Source: Bugula neritina
Taxonomy: Eukaryota > Animalia > Bryozoa
Direction: 5' to 3'
DNA length: 64,000 nt
NCBI GenBank assembly: GCA_964035545.1
Contig: OZ037768.1
Coordinates: forward strand, 15,545,875-15,609,874
The notes under the pieces were generated by a model. The model was not told where the DNA came from. It made no database searches and was given only the letters and a program-made list of their open reading frames with translations. The position numbers were made by a program, and so were the translations under genes. Positions 15,001-24,600 of this stretch are shown here, piece after piece. Position 1 is the stretch's first letter. Each line of letters starts with the position of its first letter.

Positions 15001-18000
15001 GATGTGCTAAATTGAGCCAAACATGCTTACAGTACCTATTAGTGCATAGAAATTCTGAAACGTGCCGTATAGTGCTAAAACTAGAACAAGTGTGCTCAAC
15101 AGTGCCCAAATGTGCTAAAACATGCCCAAATGTGCTAAATTGAGCCAAATATACTAATCGCACCAACAACCGCCAAGAGGTTCTGAAACGTGCCCAATAA
15201 TGCTAATAGTAGAACTAGTGTGCTTAACAGTGCCCAAATGTCCTGAACATGCCAAAATGTGCTAAATTGAGCAAAACATGCTGATAGTACCTATTAGTGC
15301 CCAGAATTTCTGAAGCGTGCCCGATAGTGCTGATAGTAGAACTAGTGTGCTTAACAGTGCCCAAATCTGCTAAAACATTCCCAAATGGGCTAAAACATGC
15401 CCACATGTACTAAATTGAGCCAAACATGCTAATAGTACCAATAGGTGCCCAGAGGTTCTGAAACGTGCCCAATAGTGCTAATAGTAAAACTAGTGTGCTT
15501 AAAAGTGCCCAAATTTCGTAAAACATGCCAAGATGTGCTAAATTGAGCCAAACATGCTTACAGTACCTATTAGTGCATAGAAATTCTGAAACATGCCGTA
15601 TAGTGCTAAAACTAGAACAAGTGTGCTCAACAGTGCCCAAATGTGCTAAAACATGCCCAAATGTGCTGAAACATGCCCAAATATACTAACTCGAGCCAAA
15701 CGAGCTAATAGTGCCAATAAATGCCCAGAGGGTCTGAAACGTGCCCAATAGCACTAATAGTAGAACTACTGTGCTTAGCAGTGCCCAAATCTCCTAAAAG
15801 ATGCCAAAACGTGCGAAATTGAGCCAAATAGGCTAATAGTACCAATAAGTGCCCAGAGGTTCTGACACGTGCCCAATAATGCTAATAGTAGAACTGCTGT
15901 GCTTAACAGTGCCCAAATCTGTTAAAACATTCCCAAATGGGCTAAAACATGCCCAAATTTACTAAATTGAGCCAAATATGCTAATGGTACTTTTTTGTGC
16001 CCCGAAGTTCTGAACGTGCCCAGTAGTGCTAAAACTAGAACAAGTGTGCTCAACAGTGCCCAATTGGGTTAAAACATGCCCAAATGTACTAAATTGAGCC
16101 AAATATGTTAATAGTACCAATAAGTGCCCAGAGGTTCTGAAACGTGGCCAATAGTGCCAATAGTAGTTCTAGTGTGCTTAAAGATGCCCAAATGTCCTAA
16201 AATATGCCAAAATGTGCTAAATTGAGCCAAACATGCTTACAGTACCATTTAGTGCCCAGAAACTCTGAAACTAGCCGTATGATGCTAAAACTAAAACAAG
16301 TGTTCTCAACAGTGCCCAAATGTGCTAAAACATGCCCAAATGTGCTAAAACATGCCCGAATACACTGACTTGAGCCGAATGAGCTAATAGTAGCAATAAA
16401 TGCCCAGAGGTTCCGAAACGTGCCCAATAGCGCTAATAGTAGAACAAGTGTGCTCAACAGTGCCCAAATGTCCTAAAACATGCACAAATGTGCTAAAACA
16501 TGCCCAAATGTGCTAAATTGAGCTAAATATGCTAATATAACCAATAAGTGCCCAAAAGTTCTAAAATGGCCCAATAGTGCTATTAGTAGAACTAGTGTTC
16601 TTAACAGTGCCCAAATGTCCTAAAACAATCCCCACTGTGCTAAAACATGCCCAAATGTGCTAACTTTAGCCAAATACATTTATAGCACCAATAATCGCCC
16701 AGAGGTTCTGAATCGTGCCCAATAGTGCTAATAGTAGAACTAGTGTGCTTAACAGTGCCCAAATGTCCTGAACATGCCAAAACGTGCTAAATTGAGCAAA
16801 ACATGCTGATAGTACCTATTAGTGCCCAGAATTTCTGAAACGTGCCCGATAGTGCTAAAACTAGAGCAAGTGTGCTCAACAGTGCCCAAATTAGCTAAAA
16901 CATGCCCAAATGTACTAAATTGAGCCTAATTGGGTAATAGTACCAATAAGTGCTAAGAGGTTCTGAAATGTGCATAAGAGTGCTGATAGTAGAACTAGTG
17001 TGCTTAACAGTGCCCAAATCTGCTAAAACATTCCCAAATGGGCTAAAACATGCCCAAATGTACTAAATTGAGCCAAATACACTAACAGCACCAATAAGCG
17101 CCCAGAGGTTCTAAAACGTGCCCAATAGTGCTGATAGTAGAACAAGTGTGCTTAACAGCGCCCAAATGTGCTCAAACGTGCCCAAATGTGCTAAAATGGG
17201 CCGAATATACTAATCGCACCAACAACCGCCAAGAGGTTCTGAAATGTGCATAAGAATGCTGATAGTAGAACTACTGTGCTTAACAGTGCCCAAATCTGTT
17301 AAAACTTTCCCAAATGGGCTAAAACATGCCCAAATGTACTAAATTGAGCCAAACATGCTAATAGTACCTATTTGTGCCCAGAAGTTTTGAACATGCCCAG
17401 TAGTGCTAAAACTAGAACAAGTGTGCTCAACAGTGCCCAATTGGGCTAAAACGTGCCCAAACGTACTAAATTGAGCGAAATATGATAATAGTACCAATAA
17501 GTGCCCAGAGTTTCTGAAATGTGCATAAGAATGCTGATAGTAGAACTACTGTGCTTAACAGTGCCCAAATCTGTTAAAACATTCCCAAATGGGCTAAAAC
17601 ATGCCCAAATTTACTAAATCGAGCCAAATATGCTAATGGTACTTTTTTGTGCCCCGAAGTTCTGAACGTGCCCAGTAGTGCTAAAACTAGAACAAGTGTG
17701 CTCAACAGTGCCCAATTGGGCTAAAACATGCCCAAATGTACTAAATTGAGCCAAATATGTTAATAGTACCAATAAGTGCCCAGAGGTTCTGAAACGTGGC
17801 CAATAGTGCCAATAGTAGTTCTGGTGTGCTTAAAGATGCCCAAATGTCCTAAAATATGCCAAAATGTGCGAAATTGAGCCAAACATGCTTACAGTACCTA
17901 TTAGTGCCCAGAAGTTCTGAAACTAGCCGTATAATGCTAAAACTAAAACAAGTGTTCTCAACAGTGCCCAAATGTGCTAAAAGGTGCCCAAATGTGCTAA

Positions 18001-20082
18001 AATATGCCCGAATACACTGACTTGAGCCGAATGAGCTAATAGTAGCAATAAATGCCCAGAGGTTCTGAAACGTGCCCAATAGCGCTAATAGTAGAAAAAG
18101 TGTGCTCAACAGTGCCCAAATGTCCTAAAACATGCACAAATGTGCTAAAACATGCCCAAATGTGCTAAATTGAGCTGAATATGCTAATATAACCAATAAG
18201 TGCCCAAAAGTTCTAAAATGGCCCAATAGTGCTATTAGTAGAACTAGTGTTCTTAACAGTGCCCAAATGTCCTAAAACAATCCCCACTGTGCTAAAACAT
18301 GCCCAAATGTGCTAAATTTAGCCAAATACATTTATAGCACCAATAATCGCCCAGAGGTTCTGAATCGTGCCCAATAGTGCTAATAGTCGAACTAGTGTGC
18401 TTAACAGTGCCCAAATATCCTAAAACATTCCCCACTCTGCTAAAACATGCCGAAATGTACTAAATTGAGCCTAATTGGGTAATAGTACCAATAAGTGCCC
18501 AGAGGTTCTGAAAGGTGCCCAATAGTACTGATAGTAGAACTTGTGCGCTTGACAGTGCACAAATGAGCTAAAACATTTCCAAATGTGCTAAATTGAGCTA
18601 AATATGTCAACAATACCAATAAGTGCCCATAGGTTCTGAAACGTGCCCAATAGTGCTGATAGTAGAACTGGTGTGCTTAACAGTGCCCAAATGTGCTAAA
18701 AGCTTTATCAATGTTTTAAAACATGCTAAAATGTATTAAAGTTAGCCAATTATGCTAATAACACCAATACGTGCCAAGAGGTTCTGAATCGTGCCCAATA
18801 GTGCTAATAGTAGAACTAGTGTGCTTAACAATGCCCAAGTCTGCTAAAACATTCCCAAATGGGCTAAAACATGCCCAAGGAAACTAGATTGATCCAAATA
18901 TGCTAATATTACCGATAAGTGCCCAGAGGTTATGATTTGGCCCAATAGTGCTAATAGTAGAATTAGTGTGCTTAACAGTGCCCAAATGTCCTAAAACATG
19001 CCCAAATGTCCTAAAACAAGCCCGAATGTACTGAAATGAGCCAAATCTGCTAATAGTACCAATAAATGCCCAGAGGTTCTGAAACGTGCCCAATAGTGCT
19101 AATAGTAGAACTAATGTGCTTAACAGTGCTCAAATGTCTTAAAACATGCCAAAATATGCTAATTTGAGCAAAACATGCTGATAGTACCTATTAGTGCCCA
19201 GAAATTCTGATACTTGCCCAATAGTGCTAAAACTAGAACAATTGTGCTCAACAGTGCCCAAATTTGCTAAAACATTCCCAAATGTACTAAATTGAGCCAA
19301 ATATGCTAATAGTACCTATTAGTGCCCAGTAGTTCTGATACGGCCCAATAGTGCCAAAACTAGAACAAGTGTGCTTAACAGTGCCAAAACCTGCTAAAAC
19401 ATGCCCAAATGTGCTAAAATGAGCCAATTGTGCTAATAGTACCTATTAGTGCCCAGGAGTTCTGATACAGCACAATAGTGCGAAAACTAGAACAAGTGTG
19501 CTTAACAGTGCCAAAACCTGCGAAAACATGCCCAAATGTGCTAAAATGAGCCAATTGTGCTAAGAGTACCTATTACTGCCCAGAAGTTCTGAAACATGCC
19601 CAGTAGTGCTGAAACTAGAACAAGTGTGCTCAACAGTGCCCAATTGGGGTAAAACGTGCCCAAATGTACTAAATTGAGCGAAATATTGTAATAGTACCAA
19701 TAAGTGCCCAGAGGTTCTGAAAGGTACCCAATCGTGCTAATAGTAGATCTAGTGTGCTTAAAAGTGCCCAAATGTCCTAAAACATGCCAAAATGTGCTAT
19801 ATTGAGCGAAATATGGTAATAGTACCAATAAGTGCCCAGAGGTTCTGAAAAGTGCCCAATAGTGCTGATAGTAGAACAAGTGTGCTCAACAGTGCCCAAA
19901 TGGGTTAAAACATTCCCAAATGTACTAAATTGAGCAAAACATGCTGATAGTACTTATTAGTGCCCAGAAGTACAGAAACGTGCCCAATAGTGCTAAAACT
20001 AGAACAAGTGTGCTCGACAGTGCCCAAATATCCTAAAACATTCCCAAATGTACTAAATTGAGCCAAATATGCTAATAGTACC
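1..20082. repeat. Satellite A array (128/148-bp monomers built from 10/20-bp subrepeats), homogeneous core side
   Basis: Anchor (AG)AGGTTCTG-like motif recurs at 113, 241, 389, 517, 665, 793, 920, 1068, 1195, 1323, 1471, 1599, 1747, 1895, 2022 (spacings 127/128 or 148). Identical spurious ORFs recur at offsets 1909, 4497, 4880 and 2587/2312. Confidence 0.97.
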
Positions 20083-20879
20083 TGTAGCAGTAGCTGGCAG
20101 CATGTTTACATGCACACTGTGTGTATGCGTGTTTCCTAGTCAATCGTCATAGCATATTAATAGCCCCTAAACAAAACAATAAATTCCTACAACTGCGCAG
20201 CAAAAGCCACAATCAATGAATCAAGTGTATTGCAAAAGCCTAAGACAACAAATCTGCCAAAATATTTCTGTTCCCTTATTTGGAATTACTTGGGGCTGGT
20301 GGTGCAATTTGGGTGACCAATGGGATCTGGAACACATCATTTTTGTTTATTTGTTTTTTGTGTATTATTCTGCTGCTGTTGGAAAGCATTGGTTATCCTG
20401 ATCAGTTTCAATTAGTAGAGCCAAAGAGCAAGTTATACTACTAATAATTTTACATTAAACAAGATACATATTACTAACTATTGAAACCTAAGAGCAGAAG
20501 CTGTATTATCAAGTTATCAGAGAAGCGCTAAAGGTTTGTCTGCTATTAATTTTTCTAATGTTGTAATATTAATACATTTAGCTTATATTATACGAAGTGG
20601 TTTATAGCTGACATTATTTTCAGTAAAGTATTATGCAGTAATATTTTGCTTACTTTAATCATTTTTATGTGTGTTATTTCCTTACAGTTCTTATTTTCTT
20701 GCACTTTATTTAGCTTTATATTGTGTGTATTTTATTTAGATTTCACGGTGTAGCTTTGTGAGCAAAAGTGTTATAAGTTGGAATAAAAACTAATAACTAC
20801 ACTCACAAGACATCAGTTGAATTCCTAAACCTACTCTGATAAGCTTGCGGTTACTAGCAGACCTAACAAAACTGCTACA
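20083..20879 (+). repeat. 5' LTR of BEL/Pao element (797 bp)
   Basis: TG...CA with 9-bp terminal inverted repeat; AATAAA at 20782-20787; matches 27696-28493 with about 7 transitions and one 1-bp indel by eye. Confidence 0.96.
20534..20739 (+). other. Predicted 206-bp GT-AG intron inside the LTR
   Basis: Donor TAAAG|GTTTGT at 20533/20534, T-rich body, acceptor TATTTTATTTAG|ATTTCAC at 20739/20740. The junction restores 12-nt complementarity to the PBS position. Other possible acceptors end at 20623 and 20687. Confidence 0.55.
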
Positions 20880-20891
20880 GTGAAATCTTTA
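20880..20891 (+). promoter_or_regulatory. Non-tRNA primer-binding site GTGAAATCTTTA (candidate self-priming PBS)
   Basis: Directly follows the LTR-terminal CA, lacks TGG, and is complementary to AGATTTCAC (20738-20746) in the LTR. Confidence 0.7.
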
Positions 20892-20895
20892 ACAA

Positions 20896-21092
20896 AGTCC
20901 AGAAAGAGACACCTTGTGACGCCCCGTAGAGCCACACCTGAAATATAGTCCAGAAAGAGACACCTTGTGACGCCCCGTAGAGCCACACCTGAAATATAGT
21001 CCAGAAAGAGACACCTTGTGACGCCCCGTAGAGCCACACCTCAAATAAAGTCCAGAAAGAGACACCTTGTGACGCCCCGTAGAGCCACACCT
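20896..21092 (+). repeat. 51-bp tandem repeat x~4 in the BEL 5' leader
   Basis: Unit AGTCCAGAAAGAGACACCTTGTGACGCCCCGTAGAGCCACACCTGAAATAT starts at 20896, 20947, 20998 and 21049. Confidence 0.95.
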
Positions 21093-21687
21093 AAAACAAT
21101 CATCTGAAGGGACAACTCCTGAAGCTCAATAAAGCTATAATAGTACAGGAGGGTACTAGAAGACAAGTACATCTGTGCATTTTAATGACATATTTACCAC
21201 AAAAGCTTTAACTTTATATTCATTTCTTGTGCAAATTGCAATTTTAATTATATGAGGAGTATTGTAACAGTGAATGTTATCTCTTCATGAAAATATCTAG
21301 AATATTTACTATTTCTGGTATTATTTGAACTTTTAAAAAGTTTTTTGTGTTTGTAAAGCTAATTAGGAATCAGTGTTTCCAACAAAGCAGCACTAATTAG
21401 TGTGGGTGGAGGTAATGATAAGTGTTCCTGCATCCTATTGGTGGTTTGAATTGTTCATTAGCTTCCATTGGTCCATTGTGGGATTGACCCAGTTGTGTGG
21501 CAGAAACCCACTCTGCAGTTGTCAGGCTTGCTAGCCTAGCACGTAATTAATTATCAAAACAAACAATCAAGTTGAGGTTGAGGTTATATATACGGCCTGA
21601 TCTACTGCCAATTTATTGCACATAGCAGCACATTAGTTTTATAGTGAACGGTATTTGTAAGTTTTTGCTGTAATCAAAATTAATTAA

Positions 21688-24600
21688 ATGGCCAAAGCGA
21701 ATGTTAGCCTGCTTGATCTAGATGACTATTCTGACAAGAATCTAGCAGCTCCGTTAATACAACCAGTTAGCAACAAATCATGTACTAGCAATGCAAAAGG
21801 TGAAATTGTGGCGCCAACCAAAACAAGGCCTGTACGCACAATCAAAGTTTCAAATCTTGGCAAAGAGAGCCAGAAAAATGAGCTGGCATTTTCACTATAT
21901 GCTGCTATAAACAGAGAGCTTCGTGCTGTTGATGTTATTTTTAAAAGATGCCGTAATGATGTTTATATGTTAGATACTCTTGATACTTGTGTTGCTGAAA
22001 TAGAAACAAAAGCTGAGTCTATTACATCTGATTATGCTAAACTTCTGCAATTATCTGACAATAAAGTGGAAACAAAAATAGAAAAACACTTTGAGTCTTT
22101 TATTGGGGAAGTCGGTAAAATTACAAAAAAGATTCTAGAGATACGACAAGGTATGGCTATCCAAGAGGAGAAATGCAAGGAACAGGAAGAGCTAGCAAGT
22201 AAGCAGAAATTATTGGAAGATAAGCAGCGCAAGTTTGAAGAGTATCTGGCTGAGAGAGAAAAGGTTCAACTGGTAGAAGAACAAGCCCAGCAACTACAAA
22301 TGGCCGCTGCGGAATCCACACCACTGAACAGAAACTCAGTGAGAGATGAGAAGAATTTAGAAGTGCACGTGATCAGAACTAACCCGATAGACTTGTGGTC
22401 TGCCCCCACAACACCCCCAAACACTGATGTTAAACCCCGGGACAATCTTCAATACTTAAGTGGCAATGAGAAAGCAAATCACGCATTCAAAACCAGCCAG
22501 TCAAGTGATGATTCTATCCGCCAACTCACCAATAAAATTGCTCAAGGAATCAAACTTACAAGGAAAGCAGATATTGAACCAGATATCTTCAAGGGCAACA
22601 CTTTAGAGTTTGATGATTGGGAATGCGATTTTGACAGCTACTTAACATCCATGGGCATAGAGGAAGGACTAGAAAGGTTGAGATACCTGAAGAAATATGT
22701 AGACGGCCCTGCAAAAGAATGTATTAGCGGACATTTTCTAATACGAACAGAGCATAGCTACTACAAAGCACGTCAGAAGCTGTCCTCAAGATATGGTAAC
22801 AAACTCGACGTAGCTCGATCAATGAAAAACGCACTAGATAGCTGGAAGAAGATTGCAACAGATGATCACCAAGCCCTTCAAAAGTATGCGGATTACTTGG
22901 AGAGCTGCAGAAACGCTATGAGCTCAGTATCAAGGCTAACTAGCCTTGATGATGAGCATACTAATGAGAAACTTGCAAGAGTACTACCCGATTGGGCACA
23001 TAAAAAGTGGGTAGCCGTGGTGCACCGCCTTCAAAAAACAGAAATGCGATACCCCAAATTTTCCGAGTTCTCTTTATTCGTGGATGACTTAGCAGAGATG
23101 TGTTCTCTACCGTTGATGCAAAACACTGAAAGAAATGAGAAAAGAAGACCAAATACAAAATCATTCATGACTAACACAGCAAGCGCCCAGGAACCACGAA
23201 AGTGCCTGTACTGTCACCAAAAGGGTCATATCATGACTGAGTGTTTCAAGCTATGCGAGAAACCCTACAGCCAACGCATGAAATTTGTAACAAGTGAAAT
23301 GCTGTGCTACATCTGTGCCCGGCCTGGCCATATGGCTACCAATTGTTTCTACAATGACAAGCAGATCTGCAGAAAGTGTAAAAGGCCTGGTCATGCTACA
23401 TGCCTACACAAAACAAAAGAAGACTGGAATGAAGAGAACCAAGGAACAAAGCATGAAAGGCCTAGAAAATACGCCTCTCAACAGCCATCATCAATGCAGC
23501 AGAGTGGTGAACACGAGATGAAAAGGAGTGACATCCAAGTCGCACCATCTAACTGTTTAACTACTCAGACTTCTAACATGATTACAAGTGCAGCAGAATG
23601 GCCTGACAGTCGATCGCCACCTTCAGCACAAGACAATAAAGATCAAACCAAACTCTCAAGTAAAAACACAAGAACGCCTTCACATAACAAGATCTTCAAC
23701 ATGGGGATGCCTGTGTATGTGTCAACCACTGCTAATCCTAAAGCCAAGATTCTAGTGTATGCATTTCTTGACTCTGCATCAGACCACTCTTACATAACAA
23801 AAGACTTAGCCAAAAAGCTGAAACCACGACAGCTTGGAAGAAAATCGGTTGAAGTAGAAACGATGATTGGTGAAGTTCAAAAGGAGGAAGTCAACATTTT
23901 TGGCGATATGCTAATCAAAGGATATTACGGCGGTGAAGTAGCTCTTTCATCTGCCTATGAATGGAACGAAACACCCAACTCCACTGGAGAATTTGCTAAT
24001 CACACGAACATACTACAGCAACCGCACCTCAGCCACTTGGCCAGTAAATTGGCACCCCCAATGAACATACCAGTAGGTCTCTTGATTGGCGCCAACTGTA
24101 CAATGGCCTCATTTCCATTGGAAGCTGTGAAAGGGGATGGTAACATGCCATACGCCCTTCGAACGGAGCTTGGATGGGCTGTGTTTGGTGTCGCGAAAAG
24201 CTCACACACCAAACAAAAGGTTCATGCAACTTGTCTTACTTTTGACGATAATGATGACAGCTGTTTGCTCTCACAAGAAGACTACAAGTTTGTTGAGATA
24301 TTGGACAGTCAAACAACCATTAGTGAAAGCGGCAACTATATGATGCCATTGCCATTTAAGGAGCGCCCGACCCTGCCAAATAACTTTCAACAGGCAAAGA
24401 GAAGGCTAGAGGGCCTAGAGAAGCGTTTTATGAAAGACCCTGAACTAAAAACCGATTATGAAAAGTTTATGAATGAGTTACTGGAACAAGATCTTGCTGA
24501 GCCAGTAGATGATAACAGTGGAGCAAATGGGGAAAGGTGGTACATACCACATTTTGCAGTGAAGCATCCCCAGAAGAATAAATTGAGGGTGGTGTTTGAC

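Noticed and set aside
454-19879. Dozens of hydrophobic 60-110 aa ORFs resembling a small membrane-protein family
   Set aside because: They are translations of satellite A, mostly with non-ATG starts, and recur exactly at the satellite duplication offsets.
20896-21092. CRISPR-like direct repeats
   Set aside because: The units are contiguous with no unique spacers, there are no cas genes, and the context is a eukaryotic retrotransposon leader.
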